Of a stretch of DNA of 64,000 bases, positions 40,590 through 55,896 are shown piece by piece (the stretch's first letter is position 1; every line of letters starts with the position of its first letter). A program made the position numbers and the translations under genes. Origin of the DNA: Octopus vulgaris (lineage: Eukaryota); assembly GCA_951406725.2 (NCBI GenBank), contig OX597815.1, positions 203,794,001-203,858,000 on the forward strand, in the 5' to 3' direction. The notes beneath the pieces are model-generated. The model was not told the DNA's origin and made no database searches. It saw only the letters and a list, made by a program, of their open reading frames with translations.

Positions 40590-40751
40590 GTGTGTGTTAA
40601 AGTTTGTAAACAAAAAAGTGGATGTAAGTACTCAATATGCGGTGTAGAGTCTATTCTTATATTAATTCATTTAAAATGGTATTGATGACCAAAATCTCAT
40701 TCAAAACCCCGTATATAATTATGCGCGCGCGCACTCAGACATGTCCACGCG

Positions 40752-40909
40752 CATACATACATACATACATATATGCATGCATGCATACATATATACATAC
40801 ATACATTCACACATACATGCATGCATACATACATACATACATACATATATACATACATACAAACATGCATACGTACATACATACATACATATATACATAC
40901 ATACATTCA

Positions 40910-40943
<34 letters not shown>

Positions 40944-41461
40944 CATACATACATACATGAATGCATACATACATATATACATACATTCATACATACATAC
41001 ATACATATATACATACATACATGCATGCATACATATATATATACATACATATATACATACATACATAAATACATACATACATACATGCATACATACATAC
41101 ATGCATGCATACATACATACATACATTCATACATACATGCATACATACATACATACAAACATGCATGCATACATGCATACATACATACATATATACATAC
41201 ATACATACATAAATACATACATACATGAATGCATACATACATATATACATACATTCATACATACATACATACATATATACATACATACATGCATGCATAC
41301 ATATATATATACATACATATATACATACATACATAAATACATATATACATACATACATTCACACATACATGCATGCATACATACATACATACATACATAT
41401 ATACATGCATACAAACATGCATACATACATACATACATACATATATACATACATACATTCA

Positions 41462-41495
<34 letters not shown>

Positions 41496-41770
41496 CATAC
41501 ATACATGAATGCATACATACATATATACATACATTCATACATACATACATACATATATACATACATACATGCATGCATACATATATATATACATACATAT
41601 ATACATACATACATAAATACATACATACATACATGCATACATACATACATGCATACATACATACATACATACATTCATACATACATGCATACATACATAC
41701 ATACAAACATGCATGCATACATGCATACATACATATATACATACATACATACATACATGCATACACACAT
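40752..41770. repeat. ~1-kb (TACA)n-derived array with higher-order repeats
   Basis: Variant block ATGAATGCATACATACATATATACATACATTCATAC recurs at ~40957, ~41225 and ~41505. Confidence 0.9.
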
Positions 41771-41773
41771 ATA

Positions 41774-41898
41774 TGCTCCCCAGCCTTATGGTTTCGGGTT
41801 CTGTCCTCATAGGCAATTGTCTTGAACTAAAGCCGCAGACCGACCAAAACCATGTGAGTGAATTTGGTAGAAAGAAACTGAAAGAAGCTAGTCATGTA

Positions 41899-41979
<81 letters not shown>

Positions 41980-42178
41980 GTGTGTGGTGAATGAGAGAGA
42001 GTTTGAGTTTGTGTTTGGCTCCAACTCCGTTTGGCTCATGTTGTCGGTTTGTTTACATCTCCGTAATTTATCGGTCCGTCACAAGGGACAGAATTAGTAG
42101 CAGGCTTTAAAGAATAAGTACTGGAGTCGATATGCTAAGGATGGTAGCATTCCAATTACTAAAACAAATAAAAGTTAG
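41774..42178 (+). mobile_element. SINE family 3 (degenerate)
   Basis: GAATTTGGTAGAAAGAAACTGAAAGAAGC and a decayed 3' body match family 3. Confidence 0.65.
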
Positions 42179-42480
42179 AAGAAAGTTATTGCTGCTTCTT
42201 CAGAATAACGTCTCAAAATTATCAGAATAACAACAACTCAGCATTTTGTAAAATATTCCATGAAACGGTTCCAATGTTAGTTGGGTGGCAAATGAAATAG
42301 TGAAACGGTTCAAACAGTTAATGGTGACGAACGTTGTTGTACGAATAAAAGCAAAACTTCTGAGAAAATAATACCCATATATTTTATTCTAATTTTATCA
42401 CTAACTGAATCGCATTTCTTGAACATATCCTCCCTACAATTGATAATGATATATATATATCTATATGTATATATTCAAAA

Positions 42481-42675
42481 TGTGACCGCGTGTGTACCGT
42501 TGGCGATTTTTTTCCTCTGTCTTCCCGTCTCTGAATCTTTCCTTCTCCTATGTTTCCGACGAAGAGCCCCGCTCGAAACGTTAAACCCCCCTTCTTTCCT
42601 GAGCGTCCAGTAATACTATATTTGTTCCACGTCCTCGCGTTGTGTTTTTTTGTGATTTCATGTTTGGATTAACTC
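42481..42675 (+). mobile_element. Hammerhead-bearing short element, family A'
   Basis: ~195 bp in TA-rich context; motif GUUU-CCGACGA-A-GAGC-ccc-GCUC-GAAA-CG-UU-AAAC at 42552-42586; shares TTCCTGAGCG and a TAATAC block with family A. Confidence 0.75.
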
Positions 42676-44345
42676 TATATGCATATATCCGGGGTTGCAT
42701 GTGTTTGTAAATATATATCTATACACATATATCAATATGAATACACATATACACATAAAGGCCTATAAAAAAACTTCATAAACTATTACTTAGTTTTCTG
42801 CAACTGATGATCAGATAGTTGTGAGTTAATTTTTGAGAGAATCGAGGATTTCTAAATGTTTAGTGCTTGGGGTAGAATTGGTAACTGGGGCAAAATGATT
42901 AAATTCTGATTTATTGATATTTTCTCTCGACCGGTTTAAAACCATTACATTGCAAGTATTGCATCATCATTTTGTACTGTTGTCTCATCTTTGGCAGAAA
43001 ATTTGGTCAGCATAGTTGTTGTTGAAGTTGATAGAGTTTGAAAGTCAGGTAACTGGTACATTTTTTCAAGAAATTCTTCCTCAACTTTGGCCCGACTATA
43101 ATTGAGAGTGCTAATGAAATATCTGGATAATTTTTGATGTTTTAATGTTTGACAAGAAATATTCTTTCCTGTGTTGGCGTCCTAGTCAATTTATACCACT
43201 CTAATGTGGAATATAATTTTCCCCTCTCAGAAATGTCTAAAATCGGCAAAATGGGTAATGACTAATTTCAAAAATTTCTTCTCTTTAAATGCATGGCGCG
43301 TAAATATATCGGAGAGGAAGTCACTCGTGTAAATTGTGTAGGAGTTATAAGGAATATTCTATGCTGATCTTCAGGATATGATCGAGTCTCGTTAATTTCA
43401 TATCGTGTGTCAATTTTCCATAATCCTCTTTCAATTTGGCCTCGATATTTTAAATTTTTGTTGTATTTCTGATCTGTCTGAAGTCTATTGATGTGTATGA
43501 GTCTTTTCCCAAAAGTAATTCTGAAGATTTGAAAAAAATAAATTTACCTTATCTTGTCTAAGTCATTTTTCCTAGTTAAATTTTTTTTCTATATGCTCAA
43601 AGAGAACGGAGATAATTTTCTGAAATAGTGTTCAGATTATGCCATATCGTTTTTAATACATTTAAACAGGGTCATTCGCTTAGTTTTATAAATAGACAAT
43701 ATTTGCAACGAATAAAATTTTTCTCCAATTCAAAAATACGGCAAACCTTACTTATTGTATCCCATACCGTATAAAATGTTCAGTAATAATTACTTAATAA
43801 ATCAACAAATAAAAGTTTAATGCTGATTGGACAGGGGCTTATGTCTTTTTAAATTAACACAAATATTTTAGATAAAAACGATTGATCGGTGAAGAAAGAA
43901 TATAAGCATTAAAAAACGAATCCGAATTTAATATATTACTAAATAACATAAATTCCTTATATACTTGGATATAGGTATGATAATTACGGGGGAGAAAACA
44001 TTGCTTTTTACAAATCAAAAGTTTTAGAAAAAATGTCATATTGAACAATAAACGTAATTTATCGAGGAATCTAAAAGAAATGAAGTTTCCTATGAAACAC
44101 TACGTTTATATCCGTCAGTAAGATAATCTATTTTAAATACCTTTTCGCTTACTGGGCACTGGTCATGTAGACACGTCCTTCAAAGTTATACTGGAGAGAA
44201 AATATGGCTGGAACTTAGTTTATGGAGCTCATTGAGGAGAAAGGCAAAAGTCAACCTGCCTGTAAAGGAACGTAACTAGAATGTAAGCCGTCACGAACCA
44301 TTCAACCTTTCCTCCTTTAATAATGAACCCACGCATGAATATCTG

Positions 44346-44545
44346 TTTCTTTATTGCCCACAAGGGGCTAAACATATTAAGTCGATTACATCGACCCCAG
44401 TGCGTAACTGGTACTTAATTTATCGACCCCGAAAGGATGAAAGGCAATGTCGACCTCGGCGGAATTTGAACTCAGAACGCAACGACAGACGCAATACCGC
44501 TAAGCATTTCGCCCGGTGTACTAACGTTTCTGCCAGCTCGCCGCC
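44346..44545 (-). mobile_element. SINE family 1
   Basis: 15-bp TSD CCACGCATGAATATC on both sides. Confidence 0.92.
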
Positions 44546-44999
44546 TTCCACGCATGAATATCATATATGTATGTATACACACACGTGCACGCACGCACGC
44601 ACGCACGCACACAGACGCATAATTATATTCACGCATAACCAATCGAACTTCAGTAATGTTTCCATCTTCCAATATTTAATTAGGTTTAGAGATTTCATAA
44701 TTTGTCGAGAGAATGTTATAATATATGTAAGGTACATCTTGTGCCGTTCTTATGTTTTGCATGTGTACACATGCAGGCATTCTGATAACATATTTGTTGG
44801 CATTTTTATATCACTTGCATGTCACCTATTATTATTACAAGCATTGTTTCAATTTTGGATCTCCAGATTCTGTTGATCCCTATTTCTGCATGATAATATT
44901 CTGATAATTTCTACATTATTTTTACAGATATCTTATCATCTGTTGCAATCGATATATCAGTTAAGAACATATTTTCTTGATAGCCTTTCACAATATGTG

Positions 45000-46790
45000 G
45001 GTAATTTGACTTAATCCTTTTGTTTATTAACTGGTAGTTCCAACATTTATTTTGTTTTTTCGTGGCGGATATTTATACCGGCTCTTTTCTTCCCCTATAT
45101 TATAATGGTAACCTTTCAACAATATCAAAGCTCTGACTCTGTTGACTGGAAATTATGTGTATTTGTTAGTATTTCCAGGTTTTCACATCAATGGCTCGGA
45201 TATCATCAAGCGATCCATCAAGCAGCCTAAATGTTGGTATGAGTATTGACACTGCAAACACATTGTGGCCACTGTTCATTGAATGCAGAGAGTTCAGATG
45301 TTCAGATTTTCTTTATTCAGCTGTAATATTCTTTAGTGATAAGTGTTTTATTACAGGTGCCATTCTAATATATCTCTTGATCCCCTCTTAGACACCTATA
45401 ATATTCCTCATCAGATGCAGGAGAAACAGTTAAGTCATTGATGGAGATGTTGCTAATCTGGTTTACAGTTTTCCCTTTTTTCACAACCATTTAGAAACAT
45501 TTCTCCTGACCAAATTCTAGCCCTATACCATTTGGGAATGTTGTAACCAGGTCAAGGCTTCTTTTTTGTCTCATGCATATTCTTTGCATATAGTTTAGTC
45601 ATTCGCAAACAAGCTGTATGTAATGTTGGTATATCTGTTTCCCTGTGAACCAGTGAGATATCCTTTGGACTTTCTTAAGATGAATGACAGGGGGTTTACA
45701 GAAAGTATAGACAACATCACAGAGAGGCTTTCCCCTTGGAATATACCTCTGCGATCCTGTATTCTATCAAAGATAATACAGTTTCTTCTTGTGTTTAATT
45801 TCAAGATAGTGGGTCATGAGGAAGTCAGGTTAGCTATGGCTTTGACTACGCTTAAGGGAACTTTAGCAAGTTGAAGGGCCTCTAGCATCCATGAGTGGAG
45901 ACAGTTAAAGGCTTTCTTGTATTCTAGCCACATTAAATCTATGCTCCTTCTATGCTCCCGCACCTCTGACATTACAGTTTTGTTTATTGGGACATCCACA
46001 GACTCCATTCTTCCCAGTTGTTTGTTCTGCTATGATGATGTTATTGGTTTCACAATGATTTTGGACGAAGAGGATTAAATATGCTGTATATATTTTATAC
46101 ATTAAGTTCTGTCATGCAATTGGCCGGTAGAGGTTTTGCCACGTGGATGGATCTCATTTGCATTTGGGGATCAGTTTTGTCTCTGCAAGAGCTAACCAGT
46201 GTGGTATGCTACTGTTCCATTGAGAGCTTGCTGGCGCAGGTTGAAACGATATGGTTGGCAGAGGTTAGCTTCTTGTATTTATATCTAACAAGGAAGTCTC
46301 TCCTAGGTGCTTTTCCATCCGGAAGTTCTGGATCACAATTACAAGGGAGTCACCTTCAATGCTGTATGTCTTGGGTGTAATGCAGGTACAGTAACGTCTT
46401 CGAATTTCTTCCAGTCACAGAGCATTTTGGTTAAACTCCTTCTCTTCATTCTAGATTTCCCTCCAGAAGAAGTCTGTGTATTCTCGCGAACGATCTTCTG
46501 TGACGTTCACTACTTGTCCTCTCATGTCTCTGTATACTGCTGATTGGTTCCAGCCAAATTATTTTTTTTATTTTTCTTTCAGTTTTTTTCTTCTGATGTC
46601 AGAGTTTCTCACTGACAGCTTTTAGTTCCTGTTTGAGGATTATCAGTTTGCAAGGGAGTGTTCTCTTTTTACTATCCCTTAACATCACTTTCATCTCTTT
46701 CACTTTCTGTTGATGAGATGTATAGCGATTGGCTTGCTTGCACGCAATAAGCATCACCACATGACTAATGATTTTCCGTAAGTCAGCTAT
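45000..46790 (-). mobile_element. Old RLE-type (Dong/R4-like) LINE relic
   Basis: MWLEYKKAF, RRGIFQGESLSVMLSILSVNPLSF, SLFAND*, INVFAVSILIPTFRLLD motifs with many disablements. Confidence 0.8.
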
Positions 46791-48434
46791 TTTTTTCCGT
46801 CAACAATACCAATGATAATTCTTTCTTTACTCTTCGGCTTTATTCACGTTTTGAATGTCATTCATGTACCGATTTGCATGCATGCATGCATGTATGTATG
46901 TATGTATGTATGTATGTATGTATGTATGTATGTATGTATTTATGTATGTATGTATGTATGTATGTATGTATGTATGTATGTATGTATGTATGTATGCATG
47001 TATGTATGTATGTATGTATGTATGTATGTAGGTATGTATGTACGTATGAGAATGTCTGCGTGTGCGCGGTTGGTGCGTGTATAAGTACATATATGCATAC
47101 ATGAAAATTCTTCTACTGTTGAACAGTGTTTCATTTTATGGATGAACTTTTATCCCGTGCTTTTCATATCTTTTACGTTTTGTATACTATAAACCGCAAT
47201 AACAACTTTATTTTCGGTGAAATCTGGGAGTGCTGCGTCTAGTTTCGACATTATATTTTCGCAAACACTTCATATGCACCTGTTAAGAGTTTGAAGCTTT
47301 ACACTTTTTCAGGCTCGTTGTATCGATCCTCTTTTGTAAAAGCTTTGCTATTTCTTGGGTTGTTATTTGTAATTCTTGCCGTAATTATTCTGCTGTTGCA
47401 CTTATTTTTAACATTGCCTCATGGCTAATCATCCATGCCATTCTTGCCGTTGGCACTGCATATATTTTTTTTTCTATTGACGAGGTTCTTGGTAACATCA
47501 TTTGAGGATGGAAGCGTACTGTGTGTTTTGTTCAAAGGAATGTTTTCGTGAAGAAGCTTTGACAGACTCTTTGTGCTGTAACGTGTGTCTCTAGTTTCAG
47601 GCGTTCTTTGCATTTCGTTAATTCCTTTTTTATGTTGTTAATGTAGGATTTTTCTCTTTTCTCTCTTTCATATTTGCGTTTTTTTTTTGTTGGGTATTTC
47701 ATTAAGATTTGAATGATTTTGTCTTTTATTTGTATTTTTATTTGTATGTTTGTTTTCCTCTTTGTTTGATAAAATGAAACATTTTGAGAAAGCATCCACT
47801 TTCTTTTGCGATATCCATGAATACAGAATAGCTAATTTCATTTATCCTGGTGATAGAGATATTATCAGTAAGTCTACGGTGGTGAATTTGGCGTTTTCCT
47901 TCATTGCTGTTGCTATTGTCAATAAGCTCTATATTTGGAAAGGTCTTTTCTGGCTCTGTATGAACATACAAAGTTTTCTGTTTATTTAACTATGTTTTTA
48001 ATTCTCCGAAATGCCATACTTATAAATCTCTAACTTCAGCAACGTCCATTCATAGATCATTCACCTATTCTAGTATTTTAATGTTTGTTTTTTTTTATTT
48101 TCATTGCTTGCATATTCTTGCTTGTTTGTATTTTAGTACTTGCATTTCCATTTTCAATATGTAATTTTTCTTTTTGGTGTTCCATATTTGATATATATTT
48201 GGTGAAGTGAGTTAAAACTAGTTGTGACGAATCAATATCATTCAGTTATCTCAGAAAGTAACTTTTAAATCGAAATTATCGTTTATTTATATTTTATACA
48301 TACGTTTAAGTCTTGAGGTTCCTTTCTTGCTATTGCCGTTTCTTTATTCTTGTACCTTTTTGCAACTGCTGATACCACCGTTTTAGTCAATGTAAGTCTT
48401 CATATGTCATTTGTATTTCGTTCTTCTTCTGGCC

Positions 48435-48800
48435 TCAACAACTTAGATTACAGGGACATAACGGAACTGTGCCCAAATGAAGGCACTGAGACAAAGAGCA
48501 TGTAATTAATGGTACAGAAAAAAAGTTTAGTTGTGTAAATATCATCTCAGGGCCGAATGTTTGGAAGAACTGCAAAAAGTAAGTGAGGGAATGAAAACAG
48601 TGAACATCTACTGACATAGAAAAAAGAATAACTACTAGAGTTTTCAAAACACAACCGACCAAACTTTGGGATGGCAAGAGAAACCACTTGATGCTCAATA
48701 TTACATATAGATGAACAAGCACGTCTTCTAACTGTACAAACCGCTCCATCAATGTGCAACAAGGAAGAAATGTTAGTTGCAGGTGCAACTCTACAAACTG
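48435..48800 (+). mobile_element. Very decayed Dong/R4-like fragment
   Basis: GWQEKPLDAQYY at ~48669-48705 matches WEEKPLHGKY of the 57495 ORF. Confidence 0.4.
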
Positions 48801-49274
48801 TCGGTGAAAATATGGAAGGAAAAATGAGAAAAAAATCTCTAATGCATTCACATAAAGCCACACAAACCAGTAAGGAGAGACAGTTCCCCCAGAACAACGA
48901 GAGCGCGTTTCAAGAAAATAGCAAAGAAAATGCAGAGGACAAGGAAGTAAAATTTGACAACCTATTAAAATCAAATAAAACTTCATTGACAAAATTATGT
49001 TTTCGAAGACTTTGCAGTGACGCAAGAGTTTTCAGCTTCAGAATATAAAGTACGTAAAATTAAGTCATTACAAAAAAGGTAAGTAAGCATAGTCCGGAAA
49101 CGTTGGAGTTTTTCAAGACTAAATGCCACAAAAAATGCATTCATGTGCATTTGAATGCACTTGTACACAATTTCATAATGGGTTAACGTAAAGTTGGGGA
49201 AGTGCTGCAAACCACCATAGCCAGAAATCTTTCATGATATATTTTCACAAGAAACGTAAAATATATATCACTGA

Positions 49275-49329
<55 letters not shown>

Positions 49330-49346
49330 TTATTATTATTATTATT

Positions 49347-50113
<767 letters not shown>

Positions 50114-51074
50114 CATTATTATTATTATTATTGTTATTATTATTTTTATTATTATTATTATTATTATTATTGTTATTGTTGTTGATGTTGTTGTTGCTGT
50201 TTGAGTTGTTGTGTCTGTTGTGTCTGTTGTTCCCTGTAGTTATTATAAATACTGTATTACTATTATTGTATACGTCATAAGGAATAAATCTAGCGTTTCC
50301 TTTCTTATGTCACACATAATTAAATATATGTTAGATGACATACATAAAAATATTCAACCTTAAGAAATGTTTTGTGGTAACACTGTAAAGCATTTAGATA
50401 CTTTTGTATTGCTATTTTCTGGGACATGCTAATACCTGTACTAACAGTTAACATGTCATTGCTTTTGCACAAACGATAGTCTGTCATCATTTGCACCAGT
50501 TATAAAGAGAATAATAGATACATTTTCTCTTAAATGTAATATTTTCACTTCAGTAGCTAAGTCCAAGGTTTTCTCAGCTCACTTTCTTCGTGATATTATT
50601 CGCTTTTAGTAATTTAATGTTGTTTATTATTATATAATATTGCTATTTTGGGGAAAAAGATGTCAGGTTTCTTGTATTTACTCGTATGCATAAAATCATA
50701 CATACGTCCTTAGTTAGACGTTGTTAACTTTTTCAGTTAAGTGGTTCATTAAAGTATAAAAATGCGTTTACGCTTATCCTGAAGCGAAAATGTGTTTCCA
50801 AGCCGATCGTAGAGAACATTTGTAACGTATATTGTTATATCTAAGAGAAATGCAACTCCTTAGTGGAGTTGCATTTTCTCCAAGTCTGTGCATGATCTTT
50901 CTATGTATGTCATTATTCAGTTTATTTCAAGGTTTCTTGCCAAGAGAGAAAGTACCTGATTCTAACCTAAAGGCTCCTTCATTGGAATTTCAACATCAGC
51001 AACAGGGTATTTTTGTTTGTGTGTATGTATGTATGTATGTATGTATGTATGTGTTGGTTTGTATTTTTACATTT

Positions 51075-51670
51075 GTATTCTCATACAAATAGTTGCACAT
51101 CTAGACAAGCTCATATATATTTAAATGATAAACTTCTGGAAAGTTTTACAGATTTTTACAGTTCTAGTGATGGATTGGATCTGTAGTCTTCGAATTAGCT
51201 TTCTCCTTTCTGGTTTTGAGAAGCCTAATTTCTCGAGATTGGCGTTTAGGCTGTGTTACATATCCCAGGGCCCCAATAACTACAGGTATATACCTTAACT
51301 TGTAACCTGGATAGAGTAACTGCATATTTCTCAATAGTTCAGCATTGGTGTTCTCGTTTTCACTGATCTTCAGCTTTATGTTATCATCCGCTGGGTGGCT
51401 AATTTTCACAAATGTGTCTGTTGAGCTTACATTTTATTGAGGTCTTCACTGGTACATTCCACCGGTATTCCTTTTTATTATGAGTGGCTCTGGTTTCTAC
51501 AATATTGTGGGTTGTTTTTTCTTCGCCCTCAGTATTACCCTTCCGACGGATTTCATTACAGGCTGTCATGTCTCATCAGTAGATAATACCTTGATGACAT
51601 TATCGTCATGTCTCACGGGTAGATAATACCGTGATGACATTATCAGACAACTGCTTATGATGTGGACTAT
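51075..51670 (-). mobile_element. RLE-type LINE 3' fragment
   Basis: HIISSC..MSSRYYLPVRHD (40-bp tandem duplication at ~51565-51644) and ISHPADDNI...LLRNMQLLYPGYKLRYIPVVIGALG. Confidence 0.8.
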
Positions 51671-51857
51671 AGGCAACAAAATAAATTGTAATCTAAATTC
51701 TTACCCCCACGTCAATCAAGCGAAGTCGTGTGAGTGTGTAAGAATAAGCATTTTCTAACCGAAAAGTATGCTATTAAAATGAATTAACGCTTAGGTAACT
51801 TTTTAAAAACCACTGTGCATATATGCCAGCAATGACCTTCTCAGGCTCTCCTTATTT

Positions 51858-52550
51858 TCTAAACAGAAACACCCGGGGACAGGGAGCGCGGTTGCAAAAA
51901 GTTCATATTTTTTTTAATTCTTTTTTATAGCATATAAATGTATTTATAGGGAAAATATTGAAAAACATCAATACACGCGAGAGTGATAAAGAAACGAGGA
52001 CGCTTGTCTTTGGATGTGCTAGAAACAACTGCCAAATCGCCCTTAAATCACTCACTTTTCCCTTTGAAAGTATTAACAATTTGTTTTTTTTTTCCGAAAA
52101 TGCTCTTCCCATGGTTTTGAAGTGCAAAAAATAGGTCCGGAGTGGGATGATGAGGGAGGTGGGGTATAATAAAAAAGAGTTTGCAAAACTTTAATTTCTT
52201 ACAAAGATATATCCCATCATTTCAAAAGTTGTGGTTTTAAAAAATGGAGAAAAATGAAGGGAAAACTTTTCCCACAAATTTCTTTATAATCGTAATCTAT
52301 GACGTTTGGAGGGGTTTTGTATAAACTTTCGTTAAAAGACACCTATTTTCCCCAAAGTTATGAGGGAAAAAGTGAGATCATAAATTTTCCGAAACTCCTC
52401 TCTCCACTCCCTCGGAAAAATGCGTTTCTATATATTCTGAAGTCACATCTAAGCGGTATTTGTAGAAAATTTTGCAAAAAAGTATCCATTTTACTGGAGG
52501 TTATAAGGAAACAAAGTTAGGGGCGTATATATCTGCCCTTTTATTTATAC
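51858..52550 (-). mobile_element. Degenerate Helitron-like non-autonomous element
   Basis: Ends resemble the reverse complement of Helitron termini (CTA..CAGAAA..CCCGG at left, CTTTTATTTATA at right). Confidence 0.35.
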
Positions 52551-52913
52551 GTTTTTTTCATTTATTTCTTTCATTATTCGCAATATTTTCTCTCCTCCTC
52601 TCTCTTTCACACACATACTGCAAAGCTTATAGATAGGCTGCTGAATTGAAATCTCTATGTTGCTTTGAGGGTAAGGTAAAACTTGACAAACTGCTTCTCC
52701 CTCTGTTGTTGGACTACCGTGACGTTTGTTTAAAAAAGAGATATCATGTCTGATAAAATAATGAGAGCAATACTTACTATGCAAGTGAGAACTATTATAC
52801 AAAGAAATAATTGGATGTAAAATATCATAAAATTATCAAAACTGGGAATCAAATGGGAAATTATCAAGTCGCTAGCAGAAAACCGCCCTCCGGGTGGTCT
52901 TTCAGCGAGTGAT

Positions 52914-52978
<65 letters not shown>

Positions 52979-53015
52979 CAATAATAATAAAAACAATAAT
53001 CATGATAATAATAAT

Positions 53016-53151
53016 AAATGCCCTAATGCAGTACCAGGCAGTGGCTCTCATGGTTTCTCATCTTAACTGATTGGAAGTGTTATCATGTACATTGGGGCTT
53101 CGTATATTTTATCCCAGTGTCACTTTGATGGCATGCACTACTCTCTCACTC
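53016..53151 (+). mobile_element. Internally deleted copy of the 49347-49903 element
   Basis: Has both termini joined at an ATTG microhomology; preceded by (TAA)n. Confidence 0.85.
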
Positions 53152-53217
53152 AACAACAACGACGACGACGACGACGACGATGATGCTGCTGCTGATGATG
53201 ATGATTGTATTATTATG

Positions 53218-53261
<44 letters not shown>

Positions 53262-53264
53262 CTC

Positions 53265-53462
53265 GCAGAATAGTTTTCACGCTGGAGGGAATGCTTAGTG
53301 GTATTTCGCTCGTCCATACGTGCCGAGTTCAAATTCCGCCGAGGTCGACTTTTCCTTTTATCCTTTCGGGTCGATAAAATAAGTACCAGTTACGCACCAG
53401 GGTCGTTGTGATCTACTAGCCCCCTTCCCCCAAATTTCAGGTTTTGTGCTTATAGTAGAAAA
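53265..53462 (+). mobile_element. SINE family 1 (diverged)
   Basis: GAGTTCAAATTCCGCCGAGGTCGACTT core. Confidence 0.8.
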
Positions 53463-53706
53463 AGCTTATTATTATCCCCCTTTTGACCAGGCTCCCGTTG
53501 GCTTTTATGGGTTTTTTTCCACCAGGAACCTTTCGAAGCGCCCCCCGCTATTGGGAGTTTTTCGTTGTTATATTATTTGATTGTTACACTGTTTTTACAC
53601 GATTTTTTCACAAACTTACAAAACCCTTTGTAACCTTTCGTCCTGTTTTGTCCCTTTATGTTTTCTAATCATGTGTGTCAGCCCTTGTGGCCAATAAAAA
53701 GAATTA

Positions 53707-53751
<45 letters not shown>

Positions 53752-54967
53752 GTTGTTGTTGTTATTGTTATTATTTTAACAGAATCGTTAATACGTGCAT
53801 CCAACACGTCAGTAGGACACATAAAATACTCACAGACTGCTGATAAGAAGAAAAGAATAATCTTATACTTTCAATACCACTTGATATGCAAAGGAATATA
53901 GACTGGTGGGAGACTTCTGTTATGTGGCAGCATTGTGTTGGAATTTGAAGTGGTTCTAAAATATCCAAACTTGAAGTAAATGTTAGGTTATATTTTGAGA
54001 CAAACGCATTGCGAACATTGCATAATTCAAAAGAATGTAAAAATCAGGTTAAGGTTTCCCCTTCCCTAATTTCTCTTCTTTTACTGAAACGGAAATTGTA
54101 GTAGCAATACGAACTCCCTGATTGTAAATACGTAGAATAAGACGTGCACTTTCAGCATGGTCTCCCGACTAGATAAAGTGACGGCGAAATCACACCCTTC
54201 TACGACATTGGATAACAGTGCAAGGGTAAGTTGTAACTAAAAATAGATGGCCCGCGCAGACAAAATACACGCAAAAAAATTTAAAGTAAAAAAAAAGTAG
54301 ACAGAGGGGAATTGAACAATAGCAAGCTAATAAAAAAATTTCTAGTCAAACAAAGAAACAAATACGTTGCAACAATAAAATAATAGGTAATAAATCAATT
54401 GAACATTAGGAAACTGTGATAGTCTGCGCTAGTAAATAATAAAAATACTAGGAGTAAATTTTATTACACCGTTTGAAAACTATAATTAATATGACAAAAA
54501 GCCATTCTCAATATTTAAGAATTTAAGAATGTAGTAAAAAGCAGGATCAGATATCGTGAGAGTTCATATGCCGTGTAACTATTATTTAAACTGTTGTGCC
54601 TGCGGAGCGTCATTCTCTTTTAGTGCCTTATAATTTAACACACTCACCGGTAAAATTTCCTCTTATTTCTTTTCTATTTAAACATTTTACGTAGAGAGAG
54701 AATTTCTAGTCGAGAATGCCAGTCTAGAAGGAAAATGTTCGGAATCCAATACCACGGCATGGCGTTTTGGGCTATCTCCTGTAGCCTCGGTTTGACCACT
54801 TGGGAGTGGAATTTAGTCGAATGGAACTAATGAAAACATTTATACACACACACAACCACACACGGGCGCACGCGCACGCACACACATATATATGTACATA
54901 TATAATATACATATATGTATCTATACACACACACGCACGCAAAACACACACATATATATATATATAC

Positions 54968-55023
<56 letters not shown>

Positions 55024-55202
55024 GCACATACATACATATATATGGTTCAAAATTGGCCAAAAAGTACAAAAGAGAGAGACAAGTGAGACACCAGCAAACA
55101 AAGTTTGTTGGAGTGGCACTTAGAACAAAAAAAGAAAACGGAGAGAAAAAATGGTATCTAGATTAACCGTGCCACATTCTCTGTGAGGGTGAGTGTGTCT
55201 GT

Positions 55203-55263
<61 letters not shown>

Positions 55264-55611
55264 CTGTGTGTGTGTGTGTGTGTATGTCTGTGTGTGTGTG
55301 TGTGTACATACATAAACGTACATATATACATATTAACAGGATAGACGTGTGTGTATTTGAATAAGTACGCATATATGTGTCTTTGAGGTTGTTCATGCCT
55401 ATTTTAGCCTAGTGAAACGAGACATTCGGTCGAGTTACCACCACAAGCGACGATAGAATAATTAGCAACCGCAAGTAGGTAGTGCTCTCGACTTGATATA
55501 CGAAAACACCTGACGTTACTACCCTAGGGTTATCTCAATCCAATCAGTGAATACAGTAAAACAGCAGCAAAAATAATGGCAAAACTTTTAAAATTTAGCG
55601 AAAATATTAGT

Positions 55612-55820
55612 TTCGAATTTTGGCACAAGGCCATCAATTTCCAGGGAGGAGGTAAGTCGATTACATCAACCCTATTAATAAGTAGGTATTTCTTTTCACA
55701 AAGCCGATAGCATGAAAGCCAAAGTCGACCTTGTCGGAATTTGAACTCAGAAGGTAAAGGAGGATGATTTGCAGCTAAGCATTTTCTCCGGTGTGCTATA
55801 AATTCCGCCAGGTCACCGTC
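55612..55820 (-). mobile_element. SINE family 1 (degenerate)
   Basis: AAAGTCGACCTTGTCGGAATTTGAACTCAGAA core. Confidence 0.7.
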
Positions 55821-55896
55821 TTATTTAGCGGAAATTTTAATCATACACCATCAGACCGGCCAAACAAATCATTAGCCAACATGTATCAGTCAGTTT

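Noticed and set aside
48435-49025. 196-aa minus-strand ORF
   Set aside because: No recognisable motif; antisense to a decayed LINE fragment.
51565-51644. CRISPR-like direct repeat
   Set aside because: Simple 40-bp tandem duplication inside a LINE fragment; no spacers; eukaryotic DNA.
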